Assembly (NCBI GenBank): GCA_964016885.1
Contig: OZ024761.1
Coordinates: forward strand, 3,720,001 to 3,784,000
Length of the DNA stretch: 64,000 nucleotides
Direction: 5' to 3'
Source of the DNA: Eledone cirrhosa
Lineage: Eukaryota
Within the stretch, counting starts at the first letter, position 1; every line of letters starts with the position of its first letter. The position numbers were made by a program, and so were the translations under genes. This document shows, in pieces, positions 10,901-23,699 of this stretch. A model generated the notes under the pieces. It did no database searches, was not told the DNA's origin, and worked only from the letters and a program-made list of their open reading frames with translations.

Positions 10901-13708
10901 AGTCCCCACAACTCACTCTCCTTCCATTGGTACACCACTCAGTTCCCCACAACTCACTCTCCTTCCATTGGTACACCACTCAGTCCCCACAACTCACTCT
11001 CCTTCCATTGGTACAACCACTCAGTCCCCACAACTCACTCTCCTTCCATTGGTACACCACTCAGTCCCCACAACTCACTCTCCTTCCATTGGTACACCAC
11101 TCAGTCCCCACAACTCACTCTCCTTCCATTGGTACACCACTCAGTCCCCACAACTCACTCTCCTTCCATTGGTACACCACTCAGTCCCCACAACTCACTC
11201 TCCTTCCATGGTACCACTCAGTCCCCACAACTCCTCCTCCATTGGTACACCACTCAGTCCCCACAACTCACTCTCCTTCCATTGGTACACCACTCAGTCC
11301 CCACAACTCACTCTCCTTCCATTGGTACAACACCCACTCAGTCCCCACAACTCACTCTCCTTCCATTGGTACACCACTCAGTCCCCACAACTCACTCTCC
11401 TTCCATTGGTACACCCACTCAGTTCCCCACAACTCACTCTCCTTCCATTGGTACACCACTCAGTCCCCACAACTCACTCTCCTTCCATTGGTACACCACT
11501 CAGTCCCCACAACTCACTCTCCTTCCATTGGTACACCACTCAGTCCCCACAACTCACTCTCCTTCCATTGGTACACCACTCAGTCCCCACAACTCACTCT
11601 CCTTCCATTGGTACACCACTCAGTCCCCACAACTCACTCTCCTTCCATTGGTACACCACTCAGTCCCACAACTCACTCTCCTTCCATTGGTACACCACTC
11701 AGTCCCCACAACTCACTCTCCTTCCATTGGTACACCACTCAGTCCCCACAACTCACTCTCCTTCCATTGGTACACCACTCAGTCCCCACAACTCACTCTC
11801 CTTCCATTGGTACACCACTCAGTCCCCACAACTCACTCTCCTTCCATTGGTACACCACTCAGTCCCCACAACTCACTCTCCTTCCATTGGTACACCACTC
11901 AGTCCCCACAACTCACTCTCCTTCCATTGGTACACCACTCAGTCCCCACAACTCACTCTCCTTCCATTGGTACACCACTCAGTCCCCACAACTCACTCTC
12001 CTTCCATTGGTACACCACTCAGTCCCCACAACTCACTCTCCTTCCATTGGTACACCACTCAGTCCCCACAACTCACTCTCCTTCCATTGGTACACCACTC
12101 AGTCCCCACAACTCACTCTCCTTCCATTGGTACACCACTCAGTCCCCACAACTCACTCTCCTTCCATTGGTACACCACTCAGTCCCCACAACTCACTCTC
12201 CTTCCATTGGTACACCACTCAGTCCCCACAACTCACTCTCCTTCCATTGGTACACCACTCAGTCCCCACAACTCACTCTCCTTCCATTGGTACACCACTC
12301 AGTCCCCACAACTCACTCTCCTTCCATTGGTACACCACTCAGTCCCCACAACTCACTCTCCTTCCATTGGTACACCACTCAGTCCCCACAACTCACTCTC
12401 CTTCCATTGGTACACCACTCAGTCCCCACAACTCACTCTCCTTCCATTGGTACACCACTCAGTCCCCACAACTCACTCTCCTTCCATTGGTACACCACTC
12501 AGTCCCCACAACTCACTCTCCTTCCATTGGTACACCACTCAGTCCCCACAACTCACTCTCCTTCCATTGGTACACCACTCAGTCCCCACAACTCACTCTC
12601 CTTCCATTGGTACACCACTCAGTCCCCACAACTCACTCTCCTTCCATTGGTACACCACTCAGTCCCCACAACTCACTCTCCTTCCATTGGTACACCACTC
12701 AGTCCCCACAACTCACTCTCCTTCCATTGGTACACCACTCAGTCCCCACAACTCACTCTCCTTCCATTGGTACACCACTCAGTCCCCACAACTCACTCTC
12801 CTTCCATTGGTACACCACTCAGTCCCCACAACTCACTCTCCTTCCATTGGTACACCACTCAGTCCCCACAACTCACTCTCCTTCCATTGGTACACCACTC
12901 AGTCCCCACAACTCACTCTCCTTCCATTGGTACACCACTCAGTCCCCACAACTCACTCTCCTTCCATTGGTACACCACTCAGTCCCCACAACTCACTCTC
13001 CTTCCATTGGTACACCACTCAGTCCCCACAACTCACTCTCCTTCCATTGGTACACCACTCAGTCCCCACAACTCACTCTCCTTCCATTGGTACACCACTC
13101 AGTCCCCACAACTCACTCTCCTTCCATTGGTACACCACTCAGTCCCCACAACTCACTCTCCTTCCATTGGTACACCACTCAGTCCCCACAACTCACTCTC
13201 CTTCCATTGGTACACCACTCAGTCCCCACAACTCACTCTCCTTCCATTGGTACACCACTCAGTCCCCACAACTCACTCTCCTTCCATTGGTACACCACTC
13301 AGTCCCCACAACTCACTCTCCTTCCATTGGTACACCACTCAGTCCCCACAACTCACTCTCCTTCCATTGGTACACCACTCAGTCCCCACAACTCACTCTC
13401 CTTCCATGGTACACCACTCAGTCCCCACAACTCACTCTCCTTCCATTGGTACACCACTCAGGTCCCCACAACTCACTCTCCTTCCATTGGTACTACCACT
13501 CAGTCCCCACAACTCACTCTCCTTCCACTGGTACACCACTCAGTCCCCACAACTCACTCTCCTTCCATTGGTACACCACTCAGTCCCCACAACTCACTCT
13601 CCTTCCACTGGTACACCACTCAGTCCCCACAACTCACTCTCCTTCCATTGGTACACCACTCAGTCCCACAACTCACTCTCCTTCCATTGGTACACCACTC
13701 AGTCCCCA
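7993..13708. repeat. 40-bp minisatellite, about 140 copies
   Basis: ctcactctccttccattggtacaccactcagtccccacaa; nearly invariant over 11670-13400. Confidence 0.98.
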
Positions 13709-13761
13709 TTCCACCCACTCCATGCACCTCTTCCCCAAAGTCACTATTGTTGAGAAGTTAA

Positions 13762-14800
13762 TATCTACCAGTTCTACCTCCTTCCTTAGATACGTTACCA
13801 AGATGTTATATCTACCAGTTCTACCTCCTTCCTTAGATACCGTTACCAAGATGTTATATCTACCAGTTCTACCTCCTTCCTTAGATACCGTTACCAAGAT
13901 GTTATATCTACCGGTTCTACCTCCTTTCCTTAGATACCGTTACCAAGATGTTATATCTACCGGTTCTACCTCCTTCCTTAGATACCGTTACCAAGATGTT
14001 ATATCTACCGGTTCTACCTCTTTCCTTAGATACCGTTACCAAGATGTTATATCTACCAGTTCTACCTCTTTCCTTAGATTCCGTTACCAAGATGTTATAT
14101 CTACCGGTTCTACCTCTTTCCTTAGATACCGTTACCAAGATGTTATATCTACCAGTTCTACCTCTTTCCTTAGATTCCGTTACCAAGATGTTATATCTAC
14201 CGGTTCTACCTCTTTCCTTAGATACCGTTACCAAGATGTTATATCTACCGGTTCTACCTCTTTCCTTAGATACCGTTACCAAGATGTTATATCTACCAGT
14301 TCTACCTCTTTCCTTAGATTCCGTTACCAAGATGTTATATCTACCGGTTCTACCTCTTTCCTTAGATACCGTTACCAAGATGTTATATCTACCAGTTCTA
14401 CCTCTTTCCTTAGATTCCGTTACCAAGATGTTATATCTACCGGTTCTACCTCTTTCCTTAGATACCGTTACCAAGATGTTATATCTACCAGTTCTACCTC
14501 CTTCCTTAGATACCGTTACCAAGATGTTATATCTACCGGTTCTACCTCTTTCCTTAGATTCCGTTACCAAGATGTTATATTATCTACCAGTACCTTCTCC
14601 CTTAGATACTGTTATCAAGGTGTTCTACCGGTACCTTAGATACTGTTACCAAGGTGTTCTACCAGTACCTTAGACACTGTTACCAAGGTGTTCTACCAGT
14701 TCCTTAGATACCATTACCAAGGTGTTCTACCAGTACCTTAGATACCGTTACCAAGCTGTTCTACCAGTACCTTAGCTACTGTTACCAAGGTGATCTACCA
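13762..14800. repeat. 48-bp minisatellite (about 17 copies) grading into a related 34-bp unit that ends just before the exon 5 acceptor
   Basis: atctacc[a/g]gttctacctc[c/t]ttccttagataccgttaccaagatgttat, then ctaccagtaccttagatactgttaccaaggtgtt. Confidence 0.95.
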
Positions 14801-14820
14801 AGTCTTCTTCTATCCTCTAG

Positions 14821-14910
14821 GTTCCAGTCTTCTCCAGTACTGAGTTCTGCCAAGGTAAAACAATGAGGTGGGGACTTGGCTGGAGTTTTGATGAGGCCGT
14901 GTCTTTTACT
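14821..14910 (+). CDS. METTL16: METTL16 coding exon 5
   Basis: cctctag| VPVFSSTEFCQGKTMRWGLGWSFDEAVSFT |gtgagt; conserved TEFCQG.TMRW...WSF. Confidence 0.95.
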
Positions 14911-15350
14911 GTGAGTATTACTGAGTATTGTATGAGTCTTACTTAGCTTGTGTGAGTCTTACTCAATATTGTGTGTCTTACTCAATATTGTGTGTCTTAC
15001 TCAATATTCTGTGAGTCTTACTCAATATTGTATGAGTCTTACTTAGATTGTGTGAGTCTTACTTAGCTTGAGTGTGACTTACTCATTATTGTGAGTCTTA
15101 CTCAATATTGTGAGTTTTACTCAATACTGTGATTGTTACTTAGCTTGTGTGAGTGTTACTCAATATTGTGAGTGTTTCTTAGTTTGTGTGAGTGTTACTC
15201 ATCTACTATAGCTATTGTTCATTGTGTGAGTAGATAAGACTATGAATGTTACCTTGTATGAGTGTGACTTACCTTATATGAGTGTGACTTACCTTATATG
15301 AGTGGGATTTACCATGCCTGAGAGTTACTTATCTTGTATGAGTGTGACAT
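14911..15350. repeat. Degenerate 19-21-bp repeat (gtgagtcttactcaatatt) beginning at the exon 5 donor
   Basis: Direct reading. Confidence 0.8.
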
Positions 15351-15527
15351 TGTACCTTTTGTGTTCAATAAGCTGGATAATAGCCAGGTGAGGTGTTGTA
15401 TTTACAATCATAAAGTCTCAGGTAAGATTCCTGAACTGTGTGATGTGTTCTTGAGCAAGACACTTCATTTCACATGGATTTTCATGGTGGGGCTGGGACC
15501 TCCTTAAAACACTTGAGAAGATCATAG

Positions 15528-15940
15528 ACACTGTCTTTCATTAGGAATATTGTAACAGAAGGGTTAAAGTGTTTATATTTATCTAAAAACCTTCCATCAT
15601 AATTTTATGTAAGAACCTATGTTAAGTTATGTTCCAAACACCAACAGTGTCTTTCATTAGAAATATGGTAATGAAAGGGTTACAGTGTTTATATTTATCT
15701 AAAAATCTTCCATCAATAATTTTATGTAAGAACCTATGTTAAGTTATGTTCCAAACACCCCTGGTTCTATGATACAGAACTGTTTATTTTAAAGTGTTTA
15801 TATTTATCTAAAAACCTTCCATCATAATTTATGTAAGAACCTTTGTTAAGTTATGTTCCAAACACCAGCTTAATAATGAGAAAGTTACAAAATTGTCTGA
15901 AGATCCCAGGCAGTCTTTCGTTAGAAATATGGTAACAAAA
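15528..15940. repeat. Degenerate tandem repeat of about 115-120 bp, about 3 copies
   Basis: agtgtttatatttatctaaaaaccttccatcataattttatgtaagaacctatgttaagttatgttccaaacacc recurs three times. Confidence 0.8.
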
Positions 15941-15982
15941 CAGTTATTTCTATTTAATGTTGTATCTTTATTTTCCATTCAG

Positions 15983-16108
15983 AAATCTTACTTTAAAGCT
16001 GAAAAGAAAAAGGAGAAATTGCCCCTGGCTCTGTGTATCCCAACTGAAATTGCTGTAAACTTCCAGGCTTTATGTATTCATATAAAAGAAATGCTGCAGG
16101 AACTAAAG
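15983..16108 (+). CDS. METTL16: METTL16 coding exon 6 (start of VCR1/KA1-like region)
   Basis: ccattcag| KSYFKAEKKKEKLPLALCIP...HIKEMLQELK |gtattc; 126 nt, phase 0-0. Confidence 0.88.
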
Positions 16109-16347
16109 GTATTCTTTTTTTCTTCTTATTATTATTCACACTAGCGTTCTGAGATCAAATCCTGCCAAGCTTTGTCTTTCATTCTTACGGGGTCGATAAA
16201 ATAAAGTACCAGTAATACACTGTGGTAATTGCTGGCCTTGTGCCTAAAGTAGAAACAATTATTAATCATACTAGCTGACCCTGTGGAAATTCCACAGTTT
16301 AATTAGAAACAACCAACAAGTGTTAAAGATCAGTTTTATTTACTATA

Positions 16348-16700
16348 CATCATCATCATCATCATCATCATTTTACGTCTGCTTCTCCCTGCTTGCAAGG
16401 GTGGGACGGGTCTTATTCAGCACAGTATCTCTCCACTCGTCATGGTCCTTCATCATCTCCTCCGTGAGCTTCAGTGATCTGAGGTCTGTTCTCACCACCT
16501 CCGCTCATGTTTTTCCCGGTCTACCTCTACTGCGTCTTCCTTCTACTGGGATTTCTTGTAACTTCTTTACCCAGCGGTCATCCTCCATGTGCATCACATG
16601 TCCATACCATCTCAGTCTTCTCTCCTGCACACTACAGCTTTCTCTCTTATACACAGTTTCTCTCTCAACTCGTCTATACTTGGTCGTTCACGCTGATCCT
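16348..16700 (-). mobile_element. 5'-truncated RTE-type LINE 3' end with (GAT)n tail
   Basis: Minus strand encodes ...SVQERRLRWYGHVM...GRPGKT; homologous to 25105-25450. Confidence 0.88.
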
Positions 16701-17230
16701 CTGATCAGCCAGATTTGCATATCAGCAGACTGGCCAGTCAGTTTCCTGTATACGAGCCAAATTCAAATAAAAAAAAAGATTTTTTTCACTCTACATGGCT
16801 GAATACAATAAATGTAATCTGAGTTTTTCGAATATTAATAATAATAGTCATTTCGTTTGAAATTATGCAAACAACCCTCATTTTTAAAGCCATGTCAGTA
16901 GAATGAACCCTTCATTCTTGCTCTTGTGTTGGCATGTAAACAGAACTGCAGACACTAATGTTTCTGATAATATACAGATCTGACTGATCAGCCAGTCTGC
17001 TAATATGCAAATCAGGCCGATCAGTCACTGTATATTTTTTAAAATATCATGTTTTTTCACTAGCTCTGACAGTTGGCAGGTGAACAGTGAGCTGTACTGA
17101 TGAAAGGTAATACCCAGAAACATTAGTGTCTGCAGTTCTGTTTACATGCCAACACAAGAGCAAGAATGAGGAGCTCATTCTACTGACATGGCTTTAAAAT
17201 TGAGGCTTGTTTGCATTATTGCAAACGAAT
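16701..17230. mobile_element. Non-coding hammerhead-bearing element with inverted, circularly permuted arms (retrozyme/PLE pLTR-like), monomer about 360 nt
   Basis: 16853-16966 is the reverse complement of 17115-17229; 16701-16752 is the reverse complement of 16971-17024; hammerhead in the right arm. Confidence 0.75.
17072..17152 (+). ncRNA. Type I hammerhead ribozyme, sense strand of METTL16 intron 6
   Basis: agctgta-CTGATGA(17097)-aa ggt aat acc ca-GAAA-ca ttag tg-TC|tgcagtt; GUC site at 17130; stem I extended by gtgaacag/ctgtttac and gttggca/tgccaac; stem II imperfectly closed. Confidence 0.75.
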
Positions 17231-17733
17231 CATCATCATCATTGTTTAACGTCCATCTTCCACGCTTGCATGGGTTTGGACGGGAGTTTTCCCACTTGAG
17301 GCAAGAGTGGTTGTCTTGCTCGCATAGGACTGTCTGGCGGGTTTTCTACAGCTGGATGCCCTTCCTAACACCAACCACGTTTACAGTGTGGACTGGGAGG
17401 TTTTTACCGTGTTACCTACACGGCCACATTACAGCATGGACTGTGTGTTTTTTTGTCGTGACACCTACACGACCTCATTTGTTTCGGACTGGATGTTGTG
17501 GTACCAACATAACTTTACATTGAAAGGGGTGGTGTGGATGGGGTGGGGGTAGTGGGACGGGTGTGTATTTTTGTTAGAGGTGCCTACTGACTGTAGTAGG
17601 TTTCACTTTGTACTTAGGTAAGGCGGGTCTTCTGTATTACTGTGTAGCGCCAAAGATCTCGGTCCAGTGACATTGTCTTGGAGAGGTGTAAGTGTGTGAG
17701 GTCGTCCCAGGTTTTTCTGGGTTTGCCTACTCC
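17230..17733 (-). mobile_element. 3' end of a second RTE-type LINE family
   Basis: Reverse complement of 34560-35045 and 57845-58370; (CAT)n tail. Confidence 0.85.
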
Positions 17734-17891
17734 TATATATATATATATATGCAGAAATAGTTACAAATTAATTTACAGAAATACTAAAGTAACCAGGTTT
17801 ACATCACCAAAAGAGGAGTATATTACACTAAAAATATACTCAGTTTAGAAAGTGACGAGTACCATCAAAGGTATAATGTATAGGTATTTGT

Positions 17892-20800
17892 TATACTATG
17901 GTCAGTATAGGAGAATGGTGGGTTAGGTGAGGTATATACTGTGGTCAGTGTAGGAGAATGGTGAGTTAGGTGAGGTATATACTGAGGTCAATGTAGGAGA
18001 ATGGTGAGTTAGGTGAGGTATATACTGTGGTCAGTGTAGGAGAATGGTGGGTTAGGTGAGGTATATACTGTGGTCAGTGTAGGAGAATGGTGAGTTAGGT
18101 GAGGTATATACTGTGGTCAATGTAGGAGAATGGTGGGTTAGGTGAGGTATATACTGTGGTCAGTGTAGGAGAATGGTGAGTTAGGTGAGGTATATACTGT
18201 GGTCAGTGTAGGAGAATGGTGGGTTAGGTGAGCTATATACTGTGGTCAGTGTAGGAGAATGGTGGGTTAGGTGAGCTATATACTGTGGTCAATGTAGGAG
18301 AATTGTGGGATTAGCTGAGCTATATACTTTGGTCAGTGTAAGAGAATGGTGGGTTAGGTGAGGTATATACTGTGGTCAGTGTAGGAGAATGGTGGGTTAG
18401 GTGAGGTATATACTGTGGTCAGTGTAGGAGAATGGTGGGTTAGGTGAGGTATATACTGTGGTCAGTGTAGGAGAATGGTGGGTTAGGTGAGGTATATACT
18501 GTGGTCAGTGTAGGAGAATGGTGAGTTAGGTGAGGTATATACTGTGGTCAGTGTAGGAGAATGGTGGGTTAGGTGAGGTATATACTGTGGTCAGTGTAGG
18601 AGAATGGTGAGTTAGGTGAGGTATATACTGTGGTCAGTGTAGGAGAATGGTGAGTTAGGTGAGGTATATACTGTGGTCAGTGTAGGAGAACGGTGAGTTA
18701 GGTGAGGTATATACTGTGGTCAGTGTAGGAGAATGGTGAGTTAGGTGAGGTATATACTGTGGTCAGTGTAGGAGAATGGTGAGTTAGGTGAGGTATATAC
18801 TGTGGTCAGTGTAGGAGAATGGTGGGTTAGGTGAGGTATATACTGTGGTCAGTGTAGGAGAATGGTGGGTTAGGTGAGGTATATACTGTGGTCAGTGTAG
18901 GAGAATGGTGAGTTAGGTGAGGTATATACTGTGGTCAGTGTAGGAGAATGGTGAGTTAGGTGAGGTATATACTGTGGTCAGTGTAGGAGAACGGTGAGTT
19001 AGGTGAGGTATATACTGTGGTCAGTGTAGGAGAACGGTGAGTTAGGTGAGGTATATACTGTGGTCAGTGTAGGAGAATGGTGGGTTAGGTGAGGTATATA
19101 CTGTGGTCAGTGTAGGAGAATGGTGGGTTAGGTGAGGTATATACTGTGGTCAGTGTAGGAGAATGGTGGGTTAGGTGAGGTATATACTGTGGTTAGTGTA
19201 GGAGAATGGTGAGTTAGGTGAGGTATATACTGTGGTTAGTGTAGGAGAATGGTGAGTTAGGTGAGGTATATACTGTGGTCAGTGTAGGAGAACGGTGAGT
19301 TAGGTGAGGTATATACTGTGGTCAGTGTAGGAGAATGGTGGGTTAGGTGAGGTATATACTGTGGTCAGTGTAGGAGAATGGTGAGTTAGGTGAGGTATAT
19401 ACTGTGGTCAGTGTAGGAGAATGGTGAGTTAGGTGAGGTATATACTGTGGTCAGTGTAGGAGAATGGTGGGTTAGGTGAGGTATATACTGTGGTTAGTGT
19501 AGGAGAATGGTGGGTTAGGTGAGGTATATACTGTGGTTAGTGTAGGAGAATGGTGAGTTAGGTGAGGTATATACTGTGGTTAGTGTAGGAGAATGGTGAG
19601 TTAGGTGAGGTATATACTGTGGTTAGTGTAGGAGAATGGTGGGTTAGGTGAGGTATATACTGTGGTCAGTGTAGGAGAATGGTGGGTTAGGTGAGGTATA
19701 TACTGTGGTTAGTGTAGGAGAATGGTGAGTTAGGTGAGGTATATACTGTGGTTAGTGTAGGAGAATGGTGAGTTAGGTGAGGTATATACTGTGGTTAGTG
19801 TAGGAGAATGGTGAGTTAGGTGAGGTATATACTGTGGTCAGTGTAGGAGAACGGTGAGTTAGGTGAGGTATATACTGTGGTCAGTGTAGGAGAATGGTGA
19901 GTTAGGTGAGGTATATACTGTGGTCAGTGTAGGAGAATGGTGGGTTAGGTGAGGTATATACTGTGGTCAGTGTAGGAGAATGGTGGGTTAGGTGAGGTAT
20001 ATACTGTGGTCAGTGTAGGAGAATGGTGAGTTAGGTGAGGTATATACTGTGGTCAGTGTAGGAGAATGGTGGGTTAGGTGAGGTATATACTGTGGTTAGT
20101 GTAGGAGAATGGTGAGTTAGGTGAGGTATATACTGTGGTTAGTGTAGGAGAATGGTGAGTTAGGTGAGGTATATACTGTGGTTAGTGTAGGAGAATGGTG
20201 AGTTAGGTGAGGTATATACTGTGGTCAGTGTAGGAGAACGGTGAGTTAGGTGAGGTATATACTGTGGTCAGTGTAGGAGAATGGTGGGTTAGGTGAGGTA
20301 TATACTGTGGTCAGTGTAGGAGAATGGTGAGTTAGGTGAGGTATATACTGTGGTCAGTGTAGGAGAATGGTGAGTTAGGTGAGGTATATACTGTGGTCAG
20401 TGTAGGAGAATGGTGGGTTAGGTGAGGTATATACTGTGGTCAGTGTAGGAGAATGGTGGGTTAGGTGAGGTATATACTGTGGTCAGTGTAGGAGAACGGT
20501 GGGTTAGGTGAGGTATATACTGTGGTCAGTGTAGGAGAATGGTGAGTTAGGTGAGGTATATACTGTGGTCAGTGTAGGAGAACGGTGAGTTAGGTGAGGT
20601 ATATACTGTGGTCAGTGTAGGAGAATGGTGAGTTAGGTGAGGTATATACTGTGGTCAGTGTAGGAGAATGGTGAGTTAGGTGAGGTATATACTGTGGTCA
20701 GTGTAGGAGAACGGTGAGTTAGGTGAGGTATATACTGTGGTCAGTGTAGGAGAATGGTGGGTTAGGTGAGGTATATACTGTGGTCAATGTAGGAGAATGG

Positions 20801-21835
20801 TGAGTTAGGTGAGGTATATACTGTGGTCAGTGTAGGAGAATGGTGAGTTAGGTGAGGTATATACTGTGGTCAGTGTAGGAGAATGGTGAGTTAGGTGAGG
20901 TATATACTGTGGTCAGTGTAGGAGAATGGTGGGTTAGGTGAGGTATATACTGTGGTCAGTGTAGGAGAACGGTGGGTTAGGTGAGGTATATACTGTGGTC
21001 AGTGTAGGAGAACGGTGGGTTAGGTGAGGTATATACTGTGGTCAGTGTAGGAGAATGGTGAGTTAGGTGAGGTATATACTGTGGTCAGTGTAGGAGAATG
21101 GTGGGTTAGGTGAGGTATATACTGTGGTCAGTGTAGGAGAATGGTGGGTTAGGTGAGGTATATACTGTGGTCAGTGTAGGAGAATGGTGGGTTAGGTGAG
21201 GTATATACTGTGGTCAGTGTAGGAGAATGGTGGGTTAGGTGAGGTATATACTGTGGTCAGTGTAGGAGAATGGTGGGTTAGGTGAGGTATATACTGTGGT
21301 CAGTGTAGGAGAACGGTGAGTTAGGTGAGGTATATACTGTGGTCAGTGTAGGAGAACGGTGGGTTAGGTGAGGTATATACTGTGGTCAGTGTAGGAGAAT
21401 GGTGGGTTAGGTGAGGTATATACTGTGGTCAGTGTAGGAGAATGGTGGGTTAGGTGAGGTATATACTGTGGTCAGTGTAGGAGAATGGTGGGTTAGGTGA
21501 GGTATATACTGTGGTCAGTGTAGGAGAATGGTGAGTTAGGTGAGGTATATACTGTGGTCAGTGTAGGAGAATGGTGGGTTAGGTGAGCTATATACTGTGG
21601 TCAGTGTAGGAGAATGGTGAGTTAGGTGAGGTATATACTGTGGTCAGTGTAGGAGAATGGTGGGTTAGGTGAGGTATATACTGTGGTCAGTGTAGGAGAA
21701 TGGTGAGTTAGGTGAGGTATATACTGTGGTCAGTGTAGGAGAATGGTGGGTTAGGTGAGGTATATACTGTGGTCAGTGTAGGAGAATGGTGGGTTAGGTG
21801 AGGTATATACTGTGGTCAGTGTAGGAGAATGGTGT
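17892..21835. repeat. 43-bp G-rich minisatellite, about 90 copies
   Basis: gtggtcagtgtaggagaatggtg[a/g]gttaggtgaggtatatact. Confidence 0.98.
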
Positions 21836-23170
21836 TTCCATTACATTATGAGGTGCAGTTTTTCAAATATGAAATTTAGAAAAAATGTTTTAGAAAAATA
21901 ATTGCCAAACTTAGAATATAATATATATAATATTATAGAGGTTTTGCATTTCAAAGATAATAGAAATAAGTGCCGTACCTAAATATTTATGTTACATGTA
22001 TAGCACAGTGATGTTTATTTATTTATTAACCGCTGATTAGAAGACGGTTAATTTGTTCAGTAAGTGATATATAACTTATATATATACTTACTGTATATAC
22101 TTAAGTATATACTGTATATACTTAAGTATATACTATATATACTTACTGTATATACTTAAGTATATATACTATATATTTAAGTATATACTATATATAACTT
22201 ACTGTAATTTAAAAATATTTTAACTACGTAAAAAATACATAAATTGTATACTTTGCTGAGTAAAAATATTACACTGAGTAATCATTCATAAGTTATTATT
22301 AATTTATGAGAGAAACTGTGTTATCTTTTGATTATAAGGTTCACATCCACTAAAATGCCGTAAATTGTAATATTTAGGTTTTTATGTATAGAAAAAAAAT
22401 TGTTTAAATTTATAAAAAGTTACTGTTGTATAAATATATTTGATTTAAAAAGTGTATTTATTATACAGGTTATTAAAAGACTTATATTATTAATCATGAA
22501 ATAAGATTTATGTAACAATTGTTTCATAAAGCCTACAGTTTGGCAAATGTGTCCAAACACTGAAGAACCAAACTCCCACTGTCATCGCTTTCATCTCTTT
22601 TGCCCTTCCCATCTCTCTGTATTATGAGCAAATGGGAGCCCACATGCTGGCCACCCCATAGCTTACCAATATATAAGTAATTATAGAGGTAAATTTGTTA
22701 GGATTATTTTATGTGGATAAATTAGAAAGTATAAATTTTACTCAGATAATTATGTATAGTTCTATTATTGAGAGGTAAACGAAGATATATTAAGTTATAA
22801 TTATATACATATAGTCAGGTTTTTATCTGACATATACATTAGTTGAGAACAATTTATGAAACACAGTTAAATCTAAAAGTAAGAGTAAGAACCATCGCTT
22901 TTATTCCAACACCTATCACAAGTGGACCATATATGTATCATGTTCAAATATACAATATACAGTTATAAATTATGTATTAATTAAAAACAGTTAAATAGAA
23001 GTGAAGTTAAAGGGAGGTAATCTAAGAGAAATGTCCCAGTCGAATCTATTGAATAAGTCAATATATGAATGCAAAATATAACAATATTACGATTGTTATA
23101 AGAAGCCATTACTATCTAAAATATAGGGCAAATTCTATAGTGAGGGAGATACATCAGAACATTAAGTATA

Positions 23171-23699
23171 CTAGCAGAAAAATCACCCTTCGGGTGGTTT
23201 TCTGATAGCATGTGTAGTATGTATATTGATATTATACGCAAGTATATATACATGTAGATATGATACATCAAATAAAATCGTAATTGACAATATACACAGA
23301 AATTGAACGAAGACTGTGTTACACTGTCTTATGTAATCAGTAACGTAATCCATGATACATTAAAAAAAGACGATGTTATATATAAACTGTATTAGGAGAA
23401 AATTAGTATGTTTATTTAAGTGATCGCCACCGGAAGTTTTGACATCATACACTCTCTCTTTCTATATATATGGTAGTCGAAGTGGTGGTGGTGGCAACGA
23501 TATACCGGAAGTGCAACTTTGAAAAGAAGTCAATTTTAAATTATTTATTTTTACGAAATTATTTTTGTTTACGAAATTTAGTAGATAAATTATGTAATAT
23601 TTATTCTTTTTATTCAAAGTAATCCCACTTATTTTACTAACGGGATAAAAAAAATAAACTGTACGCAGTCCTGCAGACCTTCCTTTATTATAATTTAGA
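23171..23699 (-). mobile_element. Non-autonomous Helitron-like element
   Basis: Minus strand begins a|TCtaaattataataaagg and ends with a GC-rich hairpin plus CTAG|t; no TSD; body shared with 50226-50462. Confidence 0.65.

Noticed and set aside
8006-14639. ORFs of 1900-2200 aa in all three + frames
   Set aside because: A stop-free 40-bp satellite inside a METTL16 intron; the same peptide cycles through all frames.
17892-21835. CRISPR-like array, telomeric tract or microexon array (tag-GAGAATG-gtgagt)
   Set aside because: No unique spacers and a eukaryotic context; only an isolated GGTTAGG per unit; no polypyrimidine tract before the AG.
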